A stretch of DNA of 64,000 bases from Monocercomonoides exilis PA203 (Eukaryota > Protista > Preaxostyla): contig LSRY02000008.1 in assembly GCA_001643675.2 (NCBI GenBank), forward strand, positions 620,001 to 684,000. The letters run 5' to 3'. The first letter of the stretch is position 1; each line of letters starts with the position of its first letter. Below are positions 38,701 through 51,369 of this stretch, one piece after another. The notes under the pieces were generated by a model that did not search any database, was not told the origin of the DNA, and saw only the letters and a list, made by a program, of their open reading frames with translations. Both the position numbers and the translations under genes were made by a program.

Positions 38701-40177
38701 TGCGAATTTATTGGATTTGCGAAAAATGCATTGGTTTCCTTGAATTGAAAAATAATTCTCGGAATAGCACTTTTGCATCAATAACTTTGAAGTTGTTGAG
38801 AGGTTTGAATCATTTATTTGTAAATTCAATTCAATTAGCTTTCCCGTTATCTTTCCCTTTTTAGATAATTTAGCACGAGATATTTCGAAGATACACCAGA
38901 TTTTGTTCAAAGACGTGCAATTGATCAGAAAAGCTGTGATTTTGAACGATTTTTCATTGGAAGGCTTTGGACAGAAAGAAAAGACAACATTGTTGGAGGA
39001 CAAGGAAGAGAGCGAATGAAGAGAAAGAAGAAGATGGAAAAGAGAGTGAAAGGAAGGGGTTGATGAGAAGGAGAAGGAAAGAGATGGAGGCAGAGCCAAT
39101 GAAGAATGGAAAGCAAGGAACAAGAGATTGCGAAGACAGAAGAGACAGACGGAGAAGGCTATTAGAATTTGACAATGAGAACGGTTGGCTAACGGAGAAG
39201 GAAAAGATGCATGCTTTCTTGTTTGCAGTAAAAAATTATTTTTTTTATTTTTTCTGAATGATGAAAGATTTGTGGAATTGGAAAAATTGAAAGCTCAAGA
39301 ATTTTTATTTTATTTTTCTTTATTTTGCAAAATGTGTTTATTTTTGAGAGATTACAAAAAACAAGTTTGATCCCTTTGTATATTTCTTTGCAATTTTTGA
39401 TGTTTCTGATTTTATCAAGAATATATGCAGAGAAGGTTTGCATGACATTCACTTTTGATTGGAACAAATGGTTTCTTTGAGACATCTTTTCTCAATGAGA
39501 AAAGCAGAGAAGGATATTTTTGAATTGCAGAACATCAGCTGTTTGCAAAAATGAGTCAGCATTAATTATGGAGAAGAAGCAAGAAAGAGGGAGAAGAATA
39601 ACAAAGAAGAGGTTATTTGGATGTTCGTGGGTTCGAAGCAGACGAAGCTGAGTGAAAAGACAAAACAGGTGAGAGTATAAAGAGCATAATGGAAAAGAAA
39701 GAGGAAAAGAAGAGGAAAAGAAAGAGAAAGAGGAAAAGAAAGACTCGCCATTTGATTTCAATAGGTGAGGCGATAATTGATAGCTAGAAACAACACATTT
39801 CAAAGTGAAATTAAGAGCGTATATGTTTTGACATTACTTTAATTGCTTTGAAAGCCTTTATTGGACAGCAGTTTCTTCTGAAAAGGTTTTTTTTTTCTTT
39901 TATTCAGTTTTATTCCTATTTTTTTTTAAACTGTTATATTAAATTAAATTTTTTTGTGTGCAAATATTTCACCTGAATCAGCATATAATTCATGCCCGAC
40001 AATAACAAAAGAAGAAGCATGCTTTGGACGTGCATCAACTGTTTTTCAAAAAGCCGCAAAATGATTGCAAAAGAAAAACTTTGATTTTTCCAATTGTGTT
40101 GAAAACAATTATTAAGGGATTGTTTGATCATCCAGAAAATATTTTATTTTTCAAATCAAAATTTATCATCATTCCGC

Positions 40178-43145
40178 ATGAGAATGCATTTGTGCATTTT
40201 TGCATGCTTGCTCCTTGTGAAGACATTTGAAGCACAAGATATCTCTGGAACATCCGCATTGGAGAACAAAGGTTTTCTTTTGGATTGTTATTATTTCAAT
40301 AATTCTCTTTATTTTGGTCAAGGAAACTCAAATAATACACAATATCTGTCAGAGACTGATGTTGAATTATTATTTGAACAGAATGCATTGTTAGAAGTGA
40401 AAAGATTACAATCAGGACTTTCTACAGTGAAAAACACATTTTTGGGATTCTCCAATTCTACAGTTGGACTGAAAAATGTGGCACTTGAACATTTATTTTC
40501 ATCTTTGATGTTTATTACTGAAAAGTCGAGAGTCATGTTGGATTCCTGCAATTTGCTCCAAAAATCAACATCTCCTTTTCTTTTGCAAAGAGGGTCAATC
40601 AACATGGTGAATTTGAGTTTGATTTCTCAAAAGAATCTGAACCCTTCCAGTCTCATATTTTCATCGGATTATTCAAATACTGCTATTTTGAGAAATTCCA
40701 TCATGGAAAATCTAGTTGCATCTTCTTCAGACAATTTTCTATTGTCAGGAAAGAGCAAAAGTGAAGAGATTGATAATTGCGCCTTCAGAAACATGTCTGT
40801 GAAATCTGATAAGAAAAGCGATCATTATGTGGAACATTCATGCTTTCGAAGTTCAATGGATAACTGCCTCATTTATTCGTGTGTGAATGCATTTGAAGGA
40901 GGGATTTCGAGTGGATCTTATTCTTCACATGAATTTGTCTGTAAAAACACAACTGTAAGCTTCGGGAAAAGAGAAACGAATGCTCTTGAGAAAAAAGGGC
41001 AAATGAATTTGACAAATAGTCAATCATTTTCGTTGTGTGAATGGGAAGATTGCACAGCCGAACAAGGAGGTGCTCTCTATGTTCATGACAATGAAAATGC
41101 GACTTTAACTGTTGAAAATTCGTCATTTGTGAGATGCAACGCTTCATCCACAAGAGGTGGAGGAATATATGCTTTGAAAATCGCTGAATGCATCGTGCAA
41201 CATTCAATATTTGTTCAATGCACATGTGCTTCGACAACAGATTTTGGCGGAGGAGGAATAATGGGAGAGTTTATTTACGTTCAATCAATGGCTGATGATT
41301 GCTCCTTTCAAAATTGCTCTGCAGGAAATGATGGAGGGGCACTTGAACTGTTTCCGACAAACACTCAAAGACAAAAACGTTGCGTTACTAATTCTTTGTT
41401 TGATAACTGCCGATGCAACAGTTCCTCTGATAGCGCAGGTGGAGCATTTATTCATTGGGTTCCAACGGACAAAGTTATAATTTCAAACTGCCTATTCCGA
41501 AATTGCAATTCAATGTGCGGAGGAGGCGCTGTGATACAGTATATAAATGCTAATAATAATGGAACATTGCTTTATTACTGCTTTTTTCACAACAATTCAT
41601 GTGTGAAAGGAGGGCACGATATTGCTCTTCAAGAATCGAATTCAAACAATATTGATTCCACCTGCTATTCAACAAGAAATACAACAAACAGAGTTAGCAT
41701 TATATATAACTCAATTGTTGATAAAAGTGAATGGCTTAAAAACTATTTTGAAAGAATCAGATTTGCCTCCTCAGCGCAAACAGAACCAAATTCCATTGAC
41801 ACATATGCATGTGGACGGGATGAAAGCCATCCATGCAGAACCATCAGCCATTGTCTCACTCAACTTATTCCAGACTTTGTGAAGGATATCAAGATCCTAT
41901 CAGGAACGATTACAGAGACCAAGAATGTGGATTGTGGAATTAACACTTATTCAATTTACGGTCAAAGCGATATGAGCACAACAGTCCAAACAGAATTAGA
42001 TGCAGCTGGGATGTCTCTTTTTTCTGTCTCGACAGGCGCATTCTCTTTAAATTTCATCACCATTGAGCATGATCCTATGCAAACGAATAATCGTGGCTCA
42101 AGGCTATTTGAGATCACAGGAGCAGGAGAGATGCATATCAGCAGGATGAACATTTCTGCTGGAAGTGAACAAACCGGAAATTCAGCATTTGCTACAGAGC
42201 TGATTAACATTCAGAGTGGTATGCTGCAGATGGAAAATGTGAACTGGGCAAAGACAATCTCATCAACCTCGTTGTTTTCGCTTTCTTCAACAAATGAAAT
42301 ATCATTGACGCTTTCAGGCTGTGCCTTGAAGGGTATTGAAAGAACAACGAGCGGAGCGGCAGTGATGTCGTTTTCCGATGACAAGGCAAGCATTGATGTG
42401 AATTGTTGCAGTTTTGAAGGATGTGGAAGCAGAACATCGGCTGATGGGGGATCGATGATGCTGTGTGTCGGGAGTGAAAATGAAGTGAAAGTGAAAGGCG
42501 GACCTTTTGATGGATGCTTTTGTTCAACAACAAATGGACTTGGGGGAGGAATCTTTCTTCGATTGCTGAATGAAAATCCCAATTTCCTGATATCCTCTTC
42601 TTTTGGTGCAAACACTGCCAAATGGGGGAATGATATTTTTGTCATTTCGCCAAATCTAGAAGTGACTGCAAAGCCACAAAAAATCACGTGTGTGACAGCC
42701 ACCTTGGATTCTATTGAGAAGGTGAGAGGATATGACAACGGAAACACAAGTGTTGCTATACCTCTGTGCATCTATCTCCTTCCCACTCCAAAAGAAATAA
42801 ATGTGAGTGGCACAGATGCATCTGACAATTCGCACTGCGGAATCGTCAAATTCCCCTGTTTGACTTAAAAGCACTCCCTCACACGTAAAACGGGGCAAAA
42901 GAAAGTTGTAGCGAATCTAATGATTATGATAGATGATGAACTTAACTTTCCCAATCGCTATAATGAAATTCGAGGAAATAATGATCAAAGCGGTTTGACA
43001 GTTTCTGATACCACAGCAGGAACAAATATGGCAGTGGTGACAGTTGGGGTTGAAACGGAATTATCGAAACTCATCTTATCTCTTCCGTCATCCCTTTTTC
43101 TTCGCTCCATTTTCATTCTCTCTTCATCATCATCTCTTCTTCTTC
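40178..43145 (+). pseudogene. 5' third of the receptor-like surface protein gene (paralog of 2777-10545); nonsense TAA at 42866-42868 and truncation at ~43145
   Basis: The 914-aa ORF aligns with 8056-10599 plus the start of 5993-8020. The same frame continues after the TAA (KHSLTRKTGQKKVV, ORF 42920). No TM or kinase part follows. Confidence 0.85.
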
Positions 43146-44099
43146 AATTCCAAACACAAAAATATGCACATTGATCAGATGGCGAAACTCCAACACACTT
43201 GCCTCCCTTTCACCATAATTGTCTCATGCATTTACGCCACAGCATAATCCTCCATGCATCCAACAGGATCCAAACCACAATTTCAGATACACTCTTCTCC
43301 TTTAACTACCATAAAATCATCAACAAGTCCACTTCTGCTTTTTGCAGATTTTTCTTCTCCAGAAACTCAAGCAGCACTTCTTTCTCCGCATCCTGCGACA
43401 TATATCCCCTGTCTCTCCACTCTGCCACCTGCATCCTCCCTTCTGCTTTCACCCCACCTTGAGCCCTCGCTCTCTGCTGCAACACACATTCGACGAAATA
43501 ATCATCAAATGTACTTGATATAGAGCAAACAATTTTCTCAGCAAGAAGCGTAACGTACAAAATTACGTGAGAGTGCTATCATACTTCAGTGAATTGCTTT
43601 ATGTCCTTTTCGCATTGCCACTTTGCAGCACGATCGATCCTGTCGCTTACATCAGCACCTCTGTCGACATCTACGAAGATGTCGTGCTCATCAACACCGC
43701 TTCATACGTATACACACGCACCTCATGCATCTTCTCCCACTCCACAAACTTCCTCACCTTCCATTCTTCCTCAATCACCTCCCACTCTTCGCTCACAACA
43801 TTCAAAAACTCCTGCACAACCATATGCTTCATCTTCATTCGTTTCCCCAAGCCATTCAACTCCAGCCGTTGTTTCCTCTCTTTCCTTCTCCTTCTTCTTC
43901 ATCTTCTCCTTTCACTTCTTCGGTTCGACTTCCCTCTGTTCTATCAGCGCCTGCTTCACACTCATCTCATCCAGAGATATCTCCTCAACGAATCGCAGTC
44001 ATCCCTTCTTCTTTTCCTCAGCATTCGCCCTGCTTGAAAGTTCAAGAATTCCAATATAGCATTTCGCTTTCTTCTTAGTCGCCGTCACCACATTCATCA

Positions 44100-44258
44100 A
44101 CTTCTTCTTCTTCTTTATCTTCTTTATCTTTTTCTTCTCCTTCTTCTCCTTCTTCTTCTCCTTCTTCTCCTTTTTCTTCTCCTTTTTCTCCTTCTCCTTC
44201 TTCTTCTTCTTCTTCTTCTTCGTATTCGTATTCGTATTCGTATTCGTATTCGTATTCG
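44100..44258. repeat. (TTC/TCC)n tract followed by ~6 copies of (CGTATT)
   Basis: Read directly from the sequence. Confidence 0.9.
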
Positions 44259-45989
44259 TCTTATATTTCTGCCACATCCCAATCAATTTCATCATTTTCT
44301 CCGATGCATTCTTCATTTATAATAATAAATACATGACGAATCGGAAGTGATGTTCTTCTTTCGTCTTCTTCTTCTGATGCTTTGCTGTCTTCGCTTTCGC
44401 GCAAAATTCTATTTCATCAAGAACAGATGAATATTCAGATAAAGATGAATGCTACTGAACTGATATTGAATGAATGGAGAGAAATCAAAAGAATAGGAGA
44501 AATGAATAAAGAAGATGAAAAAAATGAAACAAAATTAAAAGGAAGAAGAAAGAAATGCAAAGAAGATGATTCTGGTTGTTGAGGGAGAACAGATAGAATG
44601 GACAAACTGGAACAATCACTCACAATGCATTCAAATCATCAAAAGCAGCAGCAACAACATCAACATCCTCTTTTGAACAACACTCCATTTTTTTGCAAGA
44701 ATAACAAAAGTTCCCATAAACCAAGTATTCTATTGACATCTGCTGGTGATGTTAGTTATTCGTTCGCTCCTCTACATGCACCGTTATTGCAAGTTGAAAA
44801 TGGACATCTCTGCAGAAAATATGAAAGAAAAAATATTCTTTCTTTCAGAGAACAGAAAGAAAAACGTCTTGAAAGAAGATTAAGCTGAGGCGAATAAAGA
44901 GATGGAAACAACTTCACAACAGCGGAGACGTTTTCTTTTGTTTGATATGATAAGTGGAAGGAAAGGCGAGTAAACGCCGATTTCCAACTTCGATTTTGTT
45001 CAGCTTCAAGAAACTCATTCGTCATCTTCTGCTGCCGAGCTGCTGTTTCAGATGCATTTGCAGGTGCAGAATAATCTTCGGTTTGATTATTCTTCTTCTC
45101 TTCCTAATTCTTCATCTTTTCACGGTTGCTCACTATCTTTTCTGGTTTCATCTCTTCAACCACACGGAAGTGCAGGCTATTAGATGAAAAATTCTGTAGT
45201 GACAGAGACGAAAGGGAAAGATGAAGCTTAGCTATGACAATACACAGAGATGCAGGCGCATTCGGCTGGGTGCTCATATCGAAAGGTGAGAAATGTGGAG
45301 AAGAGAATAAGGGGAAAGGAGGATATATAAGATTAGGGAGAACGAAAAGGTGGGAAAAACGAAGAAGATTCTGAGAAGGATGCTGCGAGTGCACAAACAC
45401 CAGAATCTTTTGAAGGAGCATTGAATGAACAGTCTAATTCACTAAATCTGAATAATTTGATAGAGCAGCCACCAAAACAACTTAGCAGCAAGAATTTATA
45501 TCTTCTATTGTTTCATCCTCTATCCAATCGTCATAACAGACAGTTGAATACGAGGCAGCTGAACTTTGCTGGTCGAAATGCACTGCTCTTTTGTGGCTTC
45601 TTCTTCTAAAGCAGATAAAGAAGCAGAAGAAATGCAAATGAAGATAAAGAGAAATCAGTTCCTGGTTTTATTGAATGTAATGCACGGAGATAAGATAGAA
45701 ATTATTTTAGAGATTTGAGTTGAAAAGAAGAATAAAGGAAGGAAGATGAGGAAAGAACATTCAGATCAAAAGAGAATATGTTGATAAACAGAGGAAGATG
45801 CTTGAGAAGGGAAAAAAAATTGAAAAGCAAAGCTGCAAATAGGGGCAAATGATGAAATTCAGAAGAAATCAAAAACATGAAAAAAGTTAGAGAATAAGGA
45901 ATATGACGAGAGGTGATGATAAAGAAAAAACAAGAGATAGAAGAAAGAAAGAAATTCCATTGAAGAATAAGAAAAGAAAAGCAAAACCT

Positions 45990-47100
45990 GTCATTTTTCT
46001 CAACGTTATCAGCTATTCCTGCGTTCCACACTCTTTTTGTTGGGGTTGTTGAATCACAACTTTCAAACGGAGATTGAGTAATGGCATCACCATTGAAGAA
46101 CACATCATTTCCCCTTCCATTTGTTACTGTATTTCCATCGAAGAAGCAAAATGAGATGAATTTATTTCCGCTCATCCAATTTGACGTTCTTGTGCAGCAC
46201 AACGCAGCACCACCGTAGGAGGATGGATTTTCGACTTTGCTGTTTATGAATTGGCAATCATTAACCAAAAATTTCTCTGGTTTATTTTGTGGGGGCCAAT
46301 GAAATGTGAGAGAGCCAGCAGAATCACCACCAGAATTTGCGACACACCAACATTTGGAAAACAGGAATTGACCGTTTGATGGCAAAGAATATATATCAAA
46401 ATACCAGCCGGTTCCACACCAACTTGTTATTGAACAACTTTCCACTCTGTTTTCTGAGAACGTCCAAACAGAATTTGATTGTGGGTTCCTTGCGTGAACT
46501 GCTCCTCCATGTAACGCAGAGCAACTTGTAAAATTGGATTGGATAATACTTAACTTCAACGAACGATTACAATACAATGCTCCGCCATTATAATTACCTG
46601 TGGTTGAACAATTGAGAAATGAGCAAGAAGTGATTGTGAGATTTGCATTTGTGCAAATAACTTTAAGTGCGCCTCCATGATCACTACCACCAGTTGAATT
46701 ATTCCATTCGCACCATTCGAAGAGATAGCTGTTCTCGTCAAACGAATCCAACCTTCCAGGTTTCGCTTTTTGAGATTCAGTTCCAACATGAACAACAGCA
46801 GCATTTGATAAAGAGCGTGTTTGGTGGAGGAAAGAATCATTGAAGGCAGAGAGAGAAGTGGATGGGCTGTTGAGGTTGGGGAGAATAGCGCCATAGATGG
46901 GGTTGTGGGTGTGTTTGAAGATGGTTGAGTGGATGGAGAGAGATGGGCGAAGGGAGAATGAGGGGATTTCACTGATATTGATGACGGTGGAAGTGGAAGT
47001 GGTTATTGTTGAGATGAATGAATTGAGTGAGAGAGAAGGAATGGATGGAAGGGTTGGATGAGATTTGGGAGAAGAAAAGAAAAAAAGAAGAAATAAATGA
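45990..47100 (-). pseudogene. Fragment or short member of the Cys-rich GGA-repeat (beta-helix) secreted/surface protein family; probable frameshift near 46760
   Basis: FEWCEW, HGGALKV, NGGALYC, YGGAALCC, SFCFFDGN..GRGNDVFF in ORF 45702-46751. The upstream Ser/Thr-rich part is in another frame. Confidence 0.6.
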
Positions 47101-47803
47101 GAAGAAGAGTTTATTTGAAAAAGCCAAAAGGGATGGAAAAATTTGAAACGGCGAAATTGTTTAAAGTTATTCAGTAATTCTTTTTAAAATTTTCGTTTGC
47201 AAAATATATTATCATATGTGCTTTTATCAAGGAAATTACAAAAAGATTAGCGAATAATAATTACATCAAACAAAGTCTATTTTATTTTTGTTTTATAAAC
47301 TTTTTTTTATATGTTATTTCGAATTTTTTGGAAAAATATATATAAATTGAAGAAAATTCATTTGAAATTATTCATCAATAAACTTTCAATGTTGAATTCA
47401 TACATTATTCAATATGGATATGTTCAATTGAAAAATTCCGAATTTGAATTATTAATTTTCGAAATTGATTTATTTTTTTTCCAATTAGAATTATTTTTGG
47501 TGTATAAGATAGAAATGACATGTTTCAGAAGATATTGATTCAAATAAATGTATTGTATTATCTTTTAAACTGAAAATAACAATTGAAAATAAGGAAATAA
47601 AATGAAGAAAAAGAAATAAAAATTTCTCTGATACACATATGTCTATATATATCGAGATTAAAATGAATACAAAAAAATAAATATTATCCAAATTGAAAAG
47701 AATGTGAATAATAAGTTTGTGACTGTTACAAAATTCAAATACTGACATCCATGAAAATGTTAAAAAACGATAAAACGTTTATTCCATTTTGTGCACAACT
47801 TTG

Positions 47804-49999
47804 TTATATTGAATGATCAGTCTTCATCCATTCTGGAACATCAGTCTTGACATAGTTATTCCAAAATGTTTTCATTGTCCATCCATTCTTGTTGCTAATG
47901 CATTTGTCATGTCTCATCCATCGAGGTGGTTCTGTTTTGACATATCTAATCCAGTACATAGCCATGGTCCTTCCATCCTTATCCGCTTGCGTAATTCCAT
48001 GTCTCATCCACTCCGGCGGTTCTGTTTGAACAAATTGAATCCACAGCATGGCCATTGTTGATTCATCATTGTTGCGAAGTGTGATGTCATGTCTCATCCA
48101 TTCCGGGGGTTCTGTTTTGACGTCTTGAATCCAAATCATAGCCATCGTTCTTCCCTTCTCATCCGCAAGCGAAACGTCATGCCTCATACATTCTGGTGGT
48201 TCCTTTTCAACAAATTGAATCCATATCATAGCCATTGTTGCTCCATCATTGTTGCGAAGTGAAACATCGTGTCTCATCCATTTCGGTGGATCGGTTTGAA
48301 CAAACTGAATCCATAGCATGGCCATTGTTGATCCAAAATAGGTGTGAAATGTATTGTCGTGTCGCGTCCATTCTGGAGGTTCTGTCTTGACATGATAAAT
48401 CCATAGCATCGCCATTGTCCATCCGTTCTTATTGCTAAGTGAAACATCGTGTCTCATCCATTCTGGTGGTTCTGTCTTGACGTACTCAATCCACAACATG
48501 GCCATCGTCATTCCTTTATCATTTGCAAGCGTTATGCTATGCCTCATCCATTTCGGTGGATCTGTTTTTTTCTCCACAATCCACTTCATCGATAATGTCC
48601 TCTCACTCATCCAGCCTTGCCCATTATCCATTATCATCCACAGTGGAGGATCTGTTTTGATGATTGCAATCCAGTGCATAGCCATTGTTCGTCCTTCCTT
48701 GTCTGCAAGCGTGTTGTCGTGTCTCATCCATTCTGGCGGTTCTGTCTTGATTTCCCTTATCCACCACATCGCCATTGTTCGTCCATCCCTGTCAGCAAGC
48801 CAAATTCTATGCCTCATCCATTCTGGTGGTTCTGTCTTGTTCTCAATGATCCACCTCATTCCCGGCGTTTGTCCTTTACTATCTTTCAATGTATCATCAA
48901 ATTTCATCCATTTTGGCAATTTAGTTTTAACAAAAATTTTCCAATAATCTGCCATTGTCGATCCGTAATTATTTGTAAGTGCAATATCGTGTCTCATCCA
49001 CTCTGGTGGCTCTGTTTTTACGTGTTCAATCCACTTCATCGCCATTGTCCTTCCACTCTTATCAGAAAGTTCTGCATCGTGCCTCATCCATCTTGGCGGC
49101 TCTGATCGAACATCTTCAATCCAGTGCATAGCCATTGTTTTTCCTTTTTCATCTTTAAGTGTTACATCGTGTCTCATCCACATTGTTGGTTCTGTCTCCA
49201 CATATTCAATCCATATCATTGCCATTGAGCATCCTTTATAATTTGTATATGCAATATCATGTCTCATCCATTCTGGTGGCTCTGCTTTGATATTCTTTAT
49301 CCAATGCATCGCCATAGTGAATCCTTCTTTATCACCAAGCGTGATGCTATGCCTCATCCAATCTGGCGGTTCTGTCTTTGCATGTCTTATCCAATGCATC
49401 GCCATTGTCTCTCCACTCTTATCAGAAAGTTCCGCTTCATGTCTCATCCATTCAGGGGGCTCTGTTTTGACTTCTTGAATCCACTTCATCGCCATTGTCT
49501 CTCCACCGCTATCGCGAAAAGTAATATCATGTCTCATCCATTCAGGGGGCTCTTTTCTGATGTGAATGATCCACGTCATGGCCATTGTTTCTCCATTCTT
49601 ATCATCAAGTGTAATACCGTGTCTCATCCATTCTGGCGGTTCTAATTTATTCTCTATGATCCATAGCATTGCCATTGTCTCTCCTCCTCTATCGCGAAGT
49701 GTAATGTTGTGCCTCATCCACATTGGTGACTCTGTCTTCACATTCTCTATCCACAGCATTGCCATTGTTCGTCCAAACTTATCGGCAAGCGTGTTTTCAT
49801 GCCTCATCCATTCTGGAGGTTCTGTTTTTATCTCCATAATCCATATCATCGCCATTGTTCTTCCCCACTTATTCCTTACCGAAATATCATGTCTAATTTC
49901 TTCTGGTGGCTCTGTTTTGTTCTCCGTAATCCAATTCATTGCTCTTGTGTATCCATCTTTATCTTTCCTTGGATTTAAAGAACCCTCTTCGTTTCCCAT
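47804..49999 (-). CDS. Intronless 731-aa tandem-repeat protein: 24 x ~30-aa ankyrin-like units (DxxGxTMAMxWIxxxKTEPPEWMRHDxxL)
   Basis: Intact ATG-to-TAA ORF; 24 TEPPEWMRH-like units counted. The DxxGxT-helix motif resembles the ankyrin DxxGxTPLHxA motif (inference). Confidence 0.88.
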   Translation of the reverse strand: MGNEEGSLNPRKDKDGYTRAMNWITENKTEPPEEIRHDISVRNKWGRTMAMIWIMEIKTEPPEWMRHENTLADKFGRTMAMLWIENVKTESPMWMRHNITLRDRGGETMAMLWIIENKLEPPEWMRHGITLDDKNGETMAMTWIIHIRKEPPEWMRHDITFRDSGGETMAMKWIQEVKTEPPEWMRHEAELSDKSGETMAMHWIRHAKTEPPDWMRHSITLGDKEGFTMAMHWIKNIKAEPPEWMRHDIAYTNYKGCSMAMIWIEYVETEPTMWMRHDVTLKDEKGKTMAMHWIEDVRSEPPRWMRHDAELSDKSGRTMAMKWIEHVKTEPPEWMRHDIALTNNYGSTMADYWKIFVKTKLPKWMKFDDTLKDSKGQTPGMRWIIENKTEPPEWMRHRIWLADRDGRTMAMWWIREIKTEPPEWMRHDNTLADKEGRTMAMHWIAIIKTDPPLWMIMDNGQGWMSERTLSMKWIVEKKTDPPKWMRHSITLANDKGMTMAMLWIEYVKTEPPEWMRHDVSLSNKNGWTMAMLWIYHVKTEPPEWTRHDNTFHTYFGSTMAMLWIQFVQTDPPKWMRHDVSLRNNDGATMAMIWIQFVEKEPPECMRHDVSLADEKGRTMAMIWIQDVKTEPPEWMRHDITLRNNDESTMAMLWIQFVQTEPPEWMRHGITQADKDGRTMAMYWIRYVKTEPPRWMRHDKCISNKNGWTMKTFWNNYVKTDVPEWMKTDHSI

Positions 50000-50147
50000 T
50001 CAGATTGTCTTTTGGATCACAAATAATTGTGTGCTCCTTTCGTTTTCCTTATTTCAACATATGGGAAAGATCTAAAAAAGCTTATTATTTGTGCAAGAAT
50101 GCACATATGCAGACCTCAAATTTTTTGAAAATTTTTGCAAAAAAAGA

Positions 50148-50220
50148 AGAATACGGGAGGAATCGAACCCGCATCCTTCTCGTCCTGTCGCAACACCCTA
50201 ACCTGTTGTACTATTTCTGC
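50148..50220 (-). promoter_or_regulatory. tRNA-derived relic / internal Pol III promoter (A box, B box, T7 terminator)
   Basis: Minus strand: TAGTACAACAGGTTAG (A-box-like, from 50213), GGTTCGATTCC (B box, 50169-50159) at tRNA-like spacing, then T7 at 50145-50139. Acceptor and anticodon stems do not pair. Confidence 0.55.
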
Positions 50221-50332
50221 ACCCCAAAGGGTTCTATTTTCACTTATTCTTTTATCTATATCCCTAACCCTAAAAATTTGGTCGATTAAATAATTCACTT
50301 TTCTCATCAAAACCCTAAAAAGAAGATTCGAG

Positions 50333-51337
50333 CAACCCTGGGTGACGTGAAAAAAAAAGTTCGTTACGTCCGTCACCAATTTTCCACTTAGAAAAAAAAA
50401 AAATTATTATTATTATTATTATTATTTAATTAAGAAAAGAACAACCAAAAAACAAAATATAAAATATTTGAACATTAATAATTTCTTTTTTGAATTTTTT
50501 GTGAATGATCAAGATATCCCATTGCAGAACAATTCATTTTTTAAACAAAAATAATCTTCGAAATGGCTTATTCATAGAACAAATCAGTTTTATCTTGGTG
50601 CGAATTCAAATTTTTTCACACTTATTCTTTTATAAAATTTCAATTTCTTTCTTCTTTATTAACATGTGTTTATTTTGTTTGAATTGTTGAAGTGTGACAC
50701 TTTCCAACTAATATTAGTCAAAAAAAAGGGAGAAGAATATTGAAAATACGTATTTGGGTTTGCGTTTTATGTTGATGCTGAATTTGTAATGATTGTGATA
50801 ATATCTTATTTATTTTATTCAGAAATGTTTTCTGACTTGAAAGATGCAATGGAGATGCGCAGACAGCAAACTGAAGAAATGCATGGAGTAATTGATGCTA
50901 TGTGTGACAAAGAATTTGATGCTGTGTTTGCAGAAGAACAGTCAAAAAAATACACAAAATGATCGTTCATTTGAAATTGAGTCTGGAACTGAAGCTGTGT
51001 TTCTGGAGGATGTTGAGTATTGGAAATTTATGATGAGCGTGAATATTGATGGTTTGAATCGTTCGTTTCTTTGTGAAATATTAGAAGTTTATTCTCGAAA
51101 AGTAGAAGAAAGAAGAACAAAAGAAAGAAATACTCTGGTTTATCTTTGTGATTGTTATCTGCTGCTCTCTAATGGTTAATTTTCAAAAGAAGTTCATTCC
51201 ATTTTTGTTCCTTGTTTTTTGAAAGCTGTTTTGAACAAAGAGGAAAATGAAGAACTGCAAAAAGAAGTGAAAATGTGATTGGTGTTTTGTGTTGCATTTG
51301 GGCAGAATGTGTGAATATTTTTTTTGTTTATCCGTTG

Positions 51338-51369
<32 letters not shown>

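Larger units (their letters stand above)
27430..43140. repeat. Right arm of giant inverted duplication (pairs with ~7590-23193)
   Basis: Coordinate sums of mirrored features are 50623/50622 in the inner arm and drift to ~50720 in the outer arm. Homology is lost after VETELSKLILSL (~43140). Confidence 0.95.

Noticed and set aside
7590-43140. Whole palindrome as a fold-back read or amplification chimera
   Set aside because: The outer arms differ by many substitutions, indels and in-frame blocks, and there is a 4.2 kb unique spacer. A simple chimera would be identical throughout. A haplotype mis-join is not excluded.
47804-49999. ~90-bp periodic DNA repeats resembling a CRISPR array
   Set aside because: The periodicity is that of an intact protein repeat. 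Conserved words are Met/Trp codons, there are no unique spacers and no cas genes, and the context is eukaryotic.
50148-50220. Functional tRNA gene
   Set aside because: Acceptor, D and anticodon stems do not pair; only the promoter boxes are retained.
50262-50273. True telomere or chromosome-fusion scar
   Set aside because: At most two tandem CCCTAA units; no array or head-to-head junction.
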